DNA of 64,000 nt, taken from positions 1 through 64,000 of the IMG/VR virus record IMGVR_UViG_3300047359_000671. One strand, given 5' to 3'. This stretch comes from a virus. Below are positions 1-9,256 of this stretch, piece after piece (position 1 is the stretch's first letter; each line of letters begins with the position of its first letter). The translations under genes and the position numbers were made by a program. The notes under the pieces were generated by a model. It saw only the letters and a program-made list of their open reading frames with translations. It had not been told where the DNA came from and ran no database searches.

Positions 1-33
1 GCGCAATGCAAAATACTTTATTGTCTGTGTTCA

Positions 34-1182
34 TTATAAGATGCCCTTTAGTTCGGGGAAAGTTTCTAGTAAGTTTAATTCTGGTCTTGAGGGTTGAACA
101 AAAGTCTTATACCAGTTAGGTATATCATTCTTTAATCCATCTTCCATCATAAATTTAACAAGCCAGTTATCTTTGCCTACTATTGGATTATTTTGAAATG
201 AAGGGTCAGTCTGTGCTTCTAACTTTTCTTTTACTTCAAGTTTAAATTCATAAGGCAAGTCTCGTACTCCTGCAGGCTCAACAACTATGTTATTGAATAT
301 AGCAACTTCATGCTCTCTGCACCATGCATGAAACTCTGGTAGTCTCCAAACGTTGAGTAAGCCAATGCTGTGTGATATACCCAAGTGTATCTCTCTATTA
401 TCATGCATCTGTTTAAATTTCTTAAATATCTCGTATGTCTCACTCCATTTACCTGGATATCTAATATACTCAAACTGTTCTTCTGTATTATCCAACGATA
501 ACATAATACGTACAAATCTAAAATGTTTAAAATATTTAACAAGTTTCTCAGGCCAGATAGTACAGTTTGTAAACCAACTGATATCAATATCTTTAGCAAG
601 GTCACGTTCTATAAGAAACTTTAATAGTATTTCTTGTTTCTTAATCATAAACGGCTCACCGCCTGCTAACTCAATTTTCTGAATACTATGTGCATATTCG
701 TTTAGTCCATCCCAGAATTCTGTCTTATCGGGCCATCTTTGGTATGGTGCATTGCTCATATCAATTGAACGATAGAATGAACCCCACTTAGAACTAGACC
801 ATGGAGAACATATTGCACACAATAAATTACATGTGTTCCCCATTTTTAAATCGATAGACTGTAGTGTGTCTGTTTTGAACACACCATGAAAGTCTTGGCT
901 GTCTGCACTCCATGTTCGTTCTTCACGTTGTCTTTTACTCTCACCACCGCTTTTCTCTAAGTCGTGGCATTGTCTACAGTCACGTTCTAGTATATCATTA
1001 TTAAAGTTTGCTATCCAGTCTTTTCTATCAGATAATTTCATTATATCTGGTAAAGAATATTGTTGTGCGTTTGCTGGGATACCGTTGATTTCAAACTTCT
1101 TTGTACTGATACAACACGGTTTGTAGTAGCCTGCGGAGTCGATTTCAATGTTATTTGATACGAATGGGCAGAATTTCTTCAT
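34..1182 (-). CDS. Radical SAM protein with N-terminal twitch-like Cys cluster
   Basis: FCPF...KPCC...CRQC at the N-terminus, then CNLLCAIC and AGGEPF. The ORF track starts at 1215; MKKFCPF (1182) matches the paralogue N-termini better. Confidence 0.88.
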   Translation of the reverse strand: MKKFCPFVSNNIEIDSAGYYKPCCISTKKFEINGIPANAQQYSLPDIMKLSDRKDWIANFNNDILERDCRQCHDLEKSGGESKRQREERTWSADSQDFHGVFKTDTLQSIDLKMGNTCNLLCAICSPWSSSKWGSFYRSIDMSNAPYQRWPDKTEFWDGLNEYAHSIQKIELAGGEPFMIKKQEILLKFLIERDLAKDIDISWFTNCTIWPEKLVKYFKHFRFVRIMLSLDNTEEQFEYIRYPGKWSETYEIFKKFKQMHDNREIHLGISHSIGLLNVWRLPEFHAWCREHEVAIFNNIVVEPAGVRDLPYEFKLEVKEKLEAQTDPSFQNNPIVGKDNWLVKFMMEDGLKNDIPNWYKTFVQPSRPELNLLETFPELKGIL

Positions 1183-1231
1183 AATTAAACCTTTTATTAA
1201 CAAAAAATACATCATTTATAGCAGAAAAAAC

Positions 1232-1262
1232 TTGACAAATATTAATTATATGCTACTATAAT
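1232..1262 (+). promoter_or_regulatory. Sigma70-type promoter for the FG-GAP lipoprotein gene
   Basis: TTGACA at 1232-1237; TG-C-TACTAT at 1251-1259, overlapping TATAAT at 1257-1262. Confidence 0.7.
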
Positions 1263-1273
1263 AGATGTAATAG

Positions 1274-1281
1274 TATTTATC
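1274..1281 (-). promoter_or_regulatory. T4-like late promoter box (GATAAATA)
   Basis: The reverse complement of TATTTATC points into the radical SAM gene ending at 34; gp55 is encoded in this window. Confidence 0.6.
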
Positions 1282-1317
1282 TATGACAAAAATGTTAACT
1301 TTATGGAGAATGAGAGA

Positions 1318-2844
1318 ATGAAACTAACAAAAATCGTAGTAGGTAGTTTGTTTGTATTGGGTTTGACTGCTTGCCAAACAACAACACAAGCAGGCGGAAC
1401 TGTATTCCCGTCACCAAGTGATTTGAAAGTATCAACAAAGAATACAACAACTGGTAAACCTAGCACGAATGTATCTGTTAATAATGGTCCGTGGTCAGGT
1501 CCTATGATGGAGATAACAGAGAATACATTAATTAATGGTCCAACTCCAGGTAGGTATTCGTCCTTTCTAAAGGATACTGGTCGTCAACGAGGTGGACCCC
1601 ACCATTGGACTGGAGATTTCAATAATGATGGTTATGTCGATTTCATTTATGGTGGAGCAGTCGATGATGGTAAATATAATTTGATATACTCAAACAAAAA
1701 AGACATCAACAATGGTGCAGACATCGTTGATAATGACCCACTAAAACAAATGTATTCGTGTGGCAAGATGGCTTGTATTACACCTAATATGATGCCTGAA
1801 TTGTTTCTTGGTACTGCAAATGGAACTTGGGAAAGAAGTTCATATCTTCTAATTGATAAGCGCAAAAATGCAGGCATTCGTCATGGTAAACCTGCTGTTG
1901 CTGACTTTAATGGTGACGGTATCCAAGACTTCTGGTTTTATGATGATAAAGCAGACGAAAGCGGGCGAGTATCAAGTAACCAAGTTCGTTGGAGCGGATT
2001 CCGTGACAGTTACTATTTGTCTCAACCTAATGGCACTTGGTTAGAAAGTTCTGATACACATCTAAACAAAGTTGTTAATGATTTTGGTCACGGTGGTCAA
2101 GCAGGCGATATCAATGGCGACGGTTGGATAGATATGTTATCTACAACAAGCGGTAAACATGTTGATTGTTGGATAAACATCGGCGATGGTGTAATGAAAT
2201 ATCGCAAGTGTGTAGATGGCGCGGCGGCATATATTGTTGAACTTGCTGATTTCGACGGCGATGGTGACTTGGATATGTTCACTACACAACAAGAAAACTC
2301 AAATCAACCTGGACGCCCAAAGATATCATGTAATGATGGTAATGGTTGGTTCCGTGTATGTAAAAATATGTCAGTATTCACTGATGGAGATTATGATTGG
2401 GTCGGCTCAGTTGGCGCACGTTCATGGGATTTTGATAATGATGGTGACCAAGATATCATACTTATGCGTTTTAGAAATTTGTATGCCGGTGTCGCTATGG
2501 AGATTAAAGAAAATCTCGGTAATTTGAACTTCAATTCAGAGTTGACAGTACTGATGTCTGGTCCAACTAAAGAAGAATTTTCTAAGTTAACAACTGAGGC
2601 TAATCGATGGAACAAGTACTTTACATTGAAACTACATGATGTAAATGATGATGGCTTAATGGATGTTATATTTTATGATGGCAAATCTGGTTTATATGAT
2701 AATACAATTTGGTTGAACAAAGGTAATTTACAGTTCGAACTGATTAAGAAAAATGATAAAAACAATCCTATTAAGCAGATTAGAGTTTCACAAACAAACT
2801 ATAAAGAAACTGCTAGTGCGGAAATCTTAACGATTATTAAATAG
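1318..2844 (+). CDS. Lipoprotein with FG-GAP/VCBS-type Ca-binding repeats (probable beta-propeller)
   Basis: Signal peptide MKLTKIVVGSLFVLG with lipobox LTAC. Six DxD/NxDG repeats: GDFNNDG, ADFNGDG, GDINGDG, ADFDGDG, WDFDNDG, HDVNDDG. Confidence 0.85.
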   Translation: MKLTKIVVGSLFVLGLTACQTTTQAGGTVFPSPSDLKVSTKNTTTGKPSTNVSVNNGPWSGPMMEITENTLINGPTPGRYSSFLKDTGRQRGGPHHWTGDFNNDGYVDFIYGGAVDDGKYNLIYSNKKDINNGADIVDNDPLKQMYSCGKMACITPNMMPELFLGTANGTWERSSYLLIDKRKNAGIRHGKPAVADFNGDGIQDFWFYDDKADESGRVSSNQVRWSGFRDSYYLSQPNGTWLESSDTHLNKVVNDFGHGGQAGDINGDGWIDMLSTTSGKHVDCWINIGDGVMKYRKCVDGAAAYIVELADFDGDGDLDMFTTQQENSNQPGRPKISCNDGNGWFRVCKNMSVFTDGDYDWVGSVGARSWDFDNDGDQDIILMRFRNLYAGVAMEIKENLGNLNFNSELTVLMSGPTKEEFSKLTTEANRWNKYFTLKLHDVNDDGLMDVIFYDGKSGLYDNTIWLNKGNLQFELIKKNDKNNPIKQIRVSQTNYKETASAEILTIIK

Positions 2845-3732
2845 TAATGTTTTGCGTAACCCGTCTTTAAGTGTAGTGAATTTATAATCACCAACTAAAG
2901 ACAACATCTTAGAAACATCTGCGCATCTTCTGGACACACTTCCGGGAGGTGCGTTTTTGTATATAGGGTCTCTGTCAACACCAACAATCTCTCGTACAAT
3001 CTCTGCTACTTCTCTGATAGTGGATTCATTTGGGTTGCCAATATGAACTGTATCGTTTGTAAATTTTTCACCTACTAATAAAGTTAATTCAGCGGCATCG
3101 TCAATGTAAATGAATGCACGTGTTTCGTTGTGACCATATAATACATCATCTCCTGCTTTTAATCGTTCTGCATATTCAGGAATGAAATGTGCTTTCTGTT
3201 CGCTACCGTATGCGTTATGATATCTAATGATAATGTAATCTAGGTCATGTTCTTTATGTGCGGCGTGTACCGCAATCTCTCCCATTAGTTTGCTACCTGC
3301 ATAACTCCAACGTGTGTTGTCTATCTCATTAATTACCCCAACGTTTACTTCTGGTGTGGGGATATCTGTAATACCTAGTTGAACTGCACCAGCATATATC
3401 TCACTGCTACTTGCATACACGAACTTTGTTTTTGAATGCTTATATCTATGAATTAGATTTATGGTAGGAGTCAATGTACTATCTATGACAGATAATGGCT
3501 TTGTGTAGAAGTGTGCTGTATTGTTATATGCACACAAATGATACACTATATCTGCTTCAGGTAAAGATGCTACTCTTTCATTATCAGTCAAATCACATGT
3601 GTCAAAAATGTGTCCGTATGTGTTAGCAGGCTCATGTATATCAGTTAATCGAACATCATGCTCACTGTTCTCCAGTTGCTTTGCTAATGCTTGACCGATA
3701 AATCCAGAAGCGCCAGTGATTAGTATTTTCAT
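2827..3732 (-). CDS. NAD-dependent NDP-sugar epimerase/dehydratase (UDP-glucuronate decarboxylase-like extended SDR)
   Basis: TGASGFIG Rossmann motif, ASSSEIY, YAGSK (YxxxK), RYHNAYG, TRAFIYIDD. Confidence 0.9.
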   Translation of the reverse strand: MKILITGASGFIGQALAKQLENSEHDVRLTDIHEPANTYGHIFDTCDLTDNERVASLPEADIVYHLCAYNNTAHFYTKPLSVIDSTLTPTINLIHRYKHSKTKFVYASSSEIYAGAVQLGITDIPTPEVNVGVINEIDNTRWSYAGSKLMGEIAVHAAHKEHDLDYIIIRYHNAYGSEQKAHFIPEYAERLKAGDDVLYGHNETRAFIYIDDAAELTLLVGEKFTNDTVHIGNPNESTIREVAEIVREIVGVDRDPIYKNAPPGSVSRRCADVSKMLSLVGDYKFTTLKDGLRKTLLFNNR

Positions 3733-4520
3733 TTCCTCATGCCTTCAAATACTGTTTTCTTAAACAGTTTGTTTTCTTTATCAATATACTCAAATAGTTT
3801 ATTTGGTATGCCTAGTTTCTTACATGCATTGTTCATTGCCAATACATCTTTAGGTAAACAAGCACCACCGTATCCTCGTAGTTCAGGTTTGACATCTAAG
3901 TACTCGTCTGGTAAATCACTGTTACGTAAGAATGCTTCTTTTACTTTATCGTAATCTGCCCCCATCTTATCACTTATCTCAAACATTACATTAGAGAATA
4001 CTACACGCAACGCATTGAATGTATTGTGATAATACTTCATAAGTTCTGCTTCTGTAGGCGAAACTCTCATAATATCTTCTGGTAGTTTGCCATGTGAACG
4101 TTGTACTAGATAGTAATAGTTTACATTATCTGTTCCTACTAGTAATAACTTGTGGTCGAATATAAAGTCATACTCTGCGCTTCTTTCTTTTAAGAACTCT
4201 GGAACAAATACAATTCTATCATCGTATTGTTCTACTAGTCTTTTAGTAGTGCCTGGTTCTACTGTTGACTTAATACCTATTACGCCTTCGTAGTTTGCTT
4301 GTCGTAGTTCTGCTATTACACTTTCTACAATACTTGTGTCGCATTCACCTTTGTCGTTTGTTGGTGTAGGTACACATAGATATATAATCTCTGCTTGTAA
4401 CAAGTCTTCTATCTTTGTGTCGAGTGTAATGTCATGTGGTATAACTGTGTACCCACAATGTTCAAAGCCTGTCTTACATGCGTTGCCTACTACTCCTAAA
4501 CCTACTAATCCTATTTTCAT
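3729..4520 (-). CDS. UDP-glucose/GDP-mannose dehydrogenase family protein (short form)
   Basis: GLGVVG, CVPTP, KSTVEPG, PEFL and catalytic GYGGACLPKD. It lacks the usual C-terminal domain. Likely start is MKIGLVG. Confidence 0.88.
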   Translation of the reverse strand: MKIGLVGLGVVGNACKTGFEHCGYTVIPHDITLDTKIEDLLQAEIIYLCVPTPTNDKGECDTSIVESVIAELRQANYEGVIGIKSTVEPGTTKRLVEQYDDRIVFVPEFLKERSAEYDFIFDHKLLLVGTDNVNYYYLVQRSHGKLPEDIMRVSPTEAELMKYYHNTFNALRVVFSNVMFEISDKMGADYDKVKEAFLRNSDLPDEYLDVKPELRGYGGACLPKDVLAMNNACKKLGIPNKLFEYIDKENKLFKKTVFEGMRK

Positions 4521-5038
4521 AAATTCTTCCACTTTACACTACAACCAAATGATGGGTTCGGTTCCCAATTAATTGGCTTGCCTGCTAATGTTAAATCTAA
4601 TGCATGTCGTAAACTACTACCAGTTGGCATTAAATCATTGCTTGTATGACTTGGGTCTAGTTCGCCATGATACACGATAGTATCATCTTCGTCAATGACA
4701 TAAAACTCTGGAGTACAAACTGCACCATATGTCTTTGCTATACTTTGGTCTTCATCGAATATATAATCACATGCCAATCCATACTTATTCTTAAAATCTT
4801 CCATAAATTCTGGTGCATCTTCTGGGCTACTATCGTCTGTGTCTGGACTTGCATCGTTACTGTTAACTGCAATACAATGCACTCTGTCATTGTAATCTTT
4901 TACTATCTTTGATATTGCTGGCATTCTAAACAAGACATAAGGACAATGGTTACAAATAATCATTACTAGTCTTACGCCCTTAACATCGTCAATTGGATGT
5001 GCTTTCTTACCTATCATATTTTCACTTGTCAATAACAT
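4517..5038 (-). CDS. Thioredoxin-fold (AhpC/TSA/redoxin-like) protein
   Basis: ICNHCPYV, NSND, DEDQSIAKTYGAVCTPEF, GCSVKW. Confidence 0.85.
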   Translation of the reverse strand: MLLTSENMIGKKAHPIDDVKGVRLVMIICNHCPYVLFRMPAISKIVKDYNDRVHCIAVNSNDASPDTDDSSPEDAPEFMEDFKNKYGLACDYIFDEDQSIAKTYGAVCTPEFYVIDEDDTIVYHGELDPSHTSNDLMPTGSSLRHALDLTLAGKPINWEPNPSFGCSVKWKNL

Positions 5039-6231
5039 TAGCCTACTACCTCAAACTCTGGTGTACAGAATACAAGTTTACCACCGTCTTCAATCCAGTC
5101 TTTTAAAATTCTATTAACAAACAGTTCTTTAAAATGAAATGGGAATACTAAGAAGTAATCTGCTTTCTCTTTTGCTTCGTCTTCATGTACAATAGGAATA
5201 CTACTGCCAACTAGATACTTACCAATCTTATCTGGATGTATCTCAGCGGCACCACTAATCACATCACTATCTAGTCCATAGTATTGCATGATTGTGTTAC
5301 CCTTAGTACTAGCACCCATGATATAAACTTTCTTGCCATCTGCTACTTCTGAACGTAAGAAGTTCATAGTCTCATCTCGGTTCTTATCGATATTTGATTT
5401 CCAGTCAGTATATCGTTCTGTTGAACAATCTTCTTCATAAGATATACTACCTTTATTTAGGTGACGTATAAACAACTGGTAACTACCACCATTAATATCA
5501 TTCTCACGTACTTGATAAATCTCAAGTCCATTACGTTCTAATAAGTTTACTAATGCGGTGTATGAATAATATTCTAAGTGTTCATGTATAACATTACCTA
5601 AGTCGTTACTGTCTAGCATAGGCCGTGCAGTCATTAACTGACAAATCCAAACACCAGTATTGCTTAGTATACTCTTAATATCCTGTACAAAAGAGTTTGG
5701 GTTATCTAAATCGTAGAACATAGCAACAGTTGTTATAACTTTTGCTTTTTGAATATACATCTTCTTTTCCCAATTCTTTATGTTAAAGAAGTCTCCAATC
5801 ATAATATCACAATTCTTTTTCAATTCACTGTGTATATTTTGTGCTGGGTCAATACCGACTTTTATAACATTATCAGGATAGAAACTTAGCAGTGTACCAT
5901 CATTTGCACCGATGTCAACTACAATATCATTATCATATAGTTCTATTTCTTTCTGTGATTCGATTGTAATACTTTCTAAATTATCAACAATCTTTTTGTT
6001 TAACCTAGACAAATACCAATAGTTTTTATATAAATCTTCTTCACGCACAGTATGTGTCAGTTGAACTAAGTCGCACTCGTTACAATGCACTAGTGCAAGA
6101 GGAGCCATACCGATATCTGTGTTTGGTTCTTTGACAAATGCATTAATTTTCAAATCACCAATGTCGAATACTACGTTAAGGTCTGTGTTACCACAACTAC
6201 GACACTTTTTAATTTGTTTTACTTTTGTCAT
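5038..6231 (-). CDS. SAM-dependent NDP-hexose C-methyltransferase (TcaB9/EvaC-like)
   Basis: N-terminal Zn motif CRSC...CNEC, DIGANDGTLL, HEHLEYY, NGGS, GASTKGNT. Confidence 0.88.
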   Translation of the reverse strand: MTKVKQIKKCRSCGNTDLNVVFDIGDLKINAFVKEPNTDIGMAPLALVHCNECDLVQLTHTVREEDLYKNYWYLSRLNKKIVDNLESITIESQKEIELYDNDIVVDIGANDGTLLSFYPDNVIKVGIDPAQNIHSELKKNCDIMIGDFFNIKNWEKKMYIQKAKVITTVAMFYDLDNPNSFVQDIKSILSNTGVWICQLMTARPMLDSNDLGNVIHEHLEYYSYTALVNLLERNGLEIYQVRENDINGGSYQLFIRHLNKGSISYEEDCSTERYTDWKSNIDKNRDETMNFLRSEVADGKKVYIMGASTKGNTIMQYYGLDSDVISGAAEIHPDKIGKYLVGSSIPIVHEDEAKEKADYFLVFPFHFKELFVNRILKDWIEDGGKLVFCTPEFEVVG

Positions 6232-6836
6232 TATAAATCCTTTATATAACTGATATCGGGATACGTATACGACCCTGCAATATCTTTGTTAACTGTTTTC
6301 GTCTTCTTAAAGTTTTCAAGACCCATAGTCGCAGTCTCTGGTGTCATAAACATATGATATCCTAAAACTGTCATCTTGTCATCTTCGTATGGTATGCTCA
6401 TATCTCTGCCATCATGCACTGCACGTTGGGCCCAATCATAAAAATCTTTATCGTCTGTGAGTATCATACCACCTTTAATAGTACTTAGTATTTTTTTAAA
6501 TTGAAAACTCAAACATTGGTAAGTTCCCTTGATATACATATTCTCAGTAAAGCGAGGAGCACCATCTACAATGTTTGTTGGTTCGATTGGATATACGCCC
6601 GACCATTGTCTGTCTGTGAATTCAACATCAAATCCGGCATGTATCATTTGCATAGGCGCACTAACATAAGTGTGCTTTGGTATTTTAACAGTACACGTTC
6701 CATGTTTCTTCTTATAGTATATAGCACTTAAAAAAATAGCATGACTACAACAATCGGTTGCAATACTATATGGTGCACCAGAGTAATCTGCAATTACTCT
6801 TTCGAACTCATGTACTTTATCAAATGGATTACTCAT
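6231..6836 (-). CDS. DegT/DnrJ/EryC1/StrS PLP aminotransferase (short form)
   Basis: FERVIADY, DCCSHA, TYVS, VDGA, CLSFQFKKIL..GGMILTDD (PLP lysine region). Only 201 aa. Confidence 0.82.
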   Translation of the reverse strand: MSNPFDKVHEFERVIADYSGAPYSIATDCCSHAIFLSAIYYKKKHGTCTVKIPKHTYVSAPMQMIHAGFDVEFTDRQWSGVYPIEPTNIVDGAPRFTENMYIKGTYQCLSFQFKKILSTIKGGMILTDDKDFYDWAQRAVHDGRDMSIPYEDDKMTVLGYHMFMTPETATMGLENFKKTKTVNKDIAGSYTYPDISYIKDL

Positions 6837-6924
6837 CTCTGTCTCGTCCGTACCAAAGTTCAGCGCCTAAATAAATTGCTGAAATGATTATTGAAGCCCC
6901 AGCCATGATTACAATATCACTCAT
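6829..6924 (-). CDS. 31-aa single-pass membrane peptide (not in the ORF track)
   Basis: MSDIVIMAGASIIISAIYLGAELWYGRDRDE. It exactly fills the cupin-DegT gap and overlaps both neighbours (ATGAGTGA and ATGAGTAA junctions). Confidence 0.65.
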   Translation of the reverse strand: MSDIVIMAGASIIISAIYLGAELWYGRDRDE

Positions 6925-7312
6925 TTCCTGTCACCTTTATAATAGGGTTATTGCATTTATCCCAATGCTTTGTTAACATACTTACAAAAGAATAATCTTC
7001 TAATGCTTTGAACTTATGAGAAGTTCCGGTTGGTATACGAATGCTATCTCCTACTTCTAATACAATAGTGATATCTTCTCCGTTAGAAACGAACTCAGTG
7101 TACTCACACCTTCCTGCAACAACCATCATATACTCGTTAAACTCAGGATGATAATGATACCCTCGTTCATCGTCTTTCTTTGTAACCATAAGATTGTACT
7201 CAGTCAAACTATCATTAACCGGGAAACTGAATATAGTACCTCGTTTATCTTTGAATATATCTGGGTTTACTATTTCTGTCTTACTGTTATCACTTATCTT
7301 TTTGTATCTCAT
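6917..7312 (-). CDS. Cupin-fold NDP-sugar isomerase/epimerase (FdtA/RmlC-like)
   Basis: FKDKRG, RGYHYH...E, GDSIRIP.G..H cupin motifs. Confidence 0.78.
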   Translation of the reverse strand: MRYKKISDNSKTEIVNPDIFKDKRGTIFSFPVNDSLTEYNLMVTKKDDERGYHYHPEFNEYMMVVAGRCEYTEFVSNGEDITIVLEVGDSIRIPTGTSHKFKALEDYSFVSMLTKHWDKCNNPIIKVTGNE

Positions 7313-8492
7313 CTGCTAACCATGAATAAACATCTTCAAAGTATCCCTTTGTGATGTCTCTAAATTCTTTACTAAAATATCTTCTTTTATTATACACTAA
7401 TCTGTCACGGATTTCAAGTGTTTTCTGCTTTAATTCTTCTTGCGTCATACCATTAATCGTTTGCATCTGTTCTAATACCATCTCCGTTCGTTTGAACATA
7501 TCTTCCTCTATATCGTAACTATTATCAAAAACGTCATCGAATGTATCAAATCCCCATTCTCTGAGAACTTCTAATGTTCTGGGTTGTCCTATAATCATAA
7601 AAGGATGCATGAATACAATTGCTTTAAATATAACTTCTGAAACGTAACACCCTGGTCCCATTGGGCTACTCTCTGTTAATATACTCATAAAAGAATTTTG
7701 ATAGAATGACGCTGAACTCCATAATGTATCATCATAGAAGCACCCATTTTCTTGGAAGTCTGTTACATCTAATACTAACGGTAAGTCTTTCATAAACTCA
7801 CTTGCTTGTGTTCTGATTTTATCTATATCAACTAGATTATACTGGTCAAACACTTCATTGTAATCTTCTTTGTCTTTGACAATCCATTCAATATGCTGTT
7901 CAAATGTTTCACCGTCCATCTCTCTTGCACAACTTATCAAGTTGTTATCAATCATTCCCATCTCATGTAATCGTAATAAGAAATACATTCTATGTGGTTT
8001 GTGAATTCTATTAAAACTTAAGAATGCATTATCACATGTTCGTTGGTCTATGAACTCGTCTGTGATATCATATTTTTCTTCCCAGTAGTAGTGATTCCAC
8101 CCAGGAACAAAAAACGTTTTAATGTTTGATTTGTTATGATGTGGTGCAAAGAAGTCACCGGATACCCAACACGTATTGTTTATATCTGCACCCGCTTCTT
8201 CTAGTTTCTCATTCACATTTATGTTTTCATGGTAGAAGAAATCTCCTTCAACACATATTGGTTCTTGTGCTGTACTGATTACGACTCTAGAGTCTTTAGG
8301 TAACTGTTTTGCTACACTACCATCTTTAACATACTCAATACCAGAATTTCCTATCTCTTGTGAGATATTCGGTTCGTATATTAATCTATTACTTTCACCG
8401 AACGCAATATCAAACTTAAAGAAGTTATGTAATAGATATCTCCACCACTGCGAGTCTCCACCTTTGAAATGAGTTGTATTTACTTTTATCAT
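7290..8492 (-). CDS. Glycosyltransferase-like protein (GT10-like C-terminal region)
   Basis: FLSFNR..KPHR and YQNSFMSILTES...SEVIFKAIVFMHPFMIIG...LREWGFDTF, plus context in a sugar operon. Confidence 0.5.
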   Translation of the reverse strand: MIKVNTTHFKGGDSQWWRYLLHNFFKFDIAFGESNRLIYEPNISQEIGNSGIEYVKDGSVAKQLPKDSRVVISTAQEPICVEGDFFYHENINVNEKLEEAGADINNTCWVSGDFFAPHHNKSNIKTFFVPGWNHYYWEEKYDITDEFIDQRTCDNAFLSFNRIHKPHRMYFLLRLHEMGMIDNNLISCAREMDGETFEQHIEWIVKDKEDYNEVFDQYNLVDIDKIRTQASEFMKDLPLVLDVTDFQENGCFYDDTLWSSASFYQNSFMSILTESSPMGPGCYVSEVIFKAIVFMHPFMIIGQPRTLEVLREWGFDTFDDVFDNSYDIEEDMFKRTEMVLEQMQTINGMTQEELKQKTLEIRDRLVYNKRRYFSKEFRDITKGYFEDVYSWLADEIQKDK

Positions 8493-9256
8493 ATATGCTT
8501 CGCAATCATATTTGCAATTTCAGTGTGTCCTTCAGAAGACCAATGTCTGTCATCTTTTGATATATAGTAAACCTCTCTTTCTTCCTTTGAATTAGCACTA
8601 AAAATTTCCATAGGTATAAAAGTAAAGTCTCTGTCATCAATTAGGTTACTATGTGGATTTTGCCAGTTTAAATTTATTTGACTTTCGATATCCCACCAAT
8701 ACGTTTTAAAATTACATATTTTACCTAAGCCTCTGATAAGCAATATATTCTTATTATAGTTTTCTTTATCATTTTCTTCACTTTGCATGTTAATGAAATT
8801 TGAATGAATATCTTTAAACCATTGTTCTCTATCCCTGCTAATAAAACCAACACTTAAATTATTTGGTTTTCCGTCTTTATAATATGTTCTTCTATAAGAG
8901 AAAGTCATTCCTACAATTACAATTTCAATTTGGTTTCCGTATTTTGAACACCAATTAGACAATACATGGGTAATAGCATCATTTGATGCTCCTCGTATTC
9001 CTACATTTATAACTTTATAATCTTTCAATACAGTTTCTTGTAACTTGTTTGACCACGTATCTTTATAGTATACTCCGTCACCGAATGTAAAACTATCGCC
9101 TATACATAGTACAATTCTATCTTCAGGATTAATAGTTTCTTCGGGTGCAAGACTTCTTGTTTGATATTCGTAATTCCAATCATCGCAAATTTTATACCAA
9201 CTATCATTGCATGTCGGATGATGAGGTGTGCGATACATTTCGTCAAAATTAAACAT
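8489..9256 (-). CDS. SGNH/GDSL-fold protein
   Basis: GDSFTFG, NVGIRGASN and C-terminal DDRH. Confidence 0.78.
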   Translation of the reverse strand: MFNFDEMYRTPHHPTCNDSWYKICDDWNYEYQTRSLAPEETINPEDRIVLCIGDSFTFGDGVYYKDTWSNKLQETVLKDYKVINVGIRGASNDAITHVLSNWCSKYGNQIEIVIVGMTFSYRRTYYKDGKPNNLSVGFISRDREQWFKDIHSNFINMQSEENDKENYNKNILLIRGLGKICNFKTYWWDIESQINLNWQNPHSNLIDDRDFTFIPMEIFSANSKEEREVYYISKDDRHWSSEGHTEIANMIAKHI

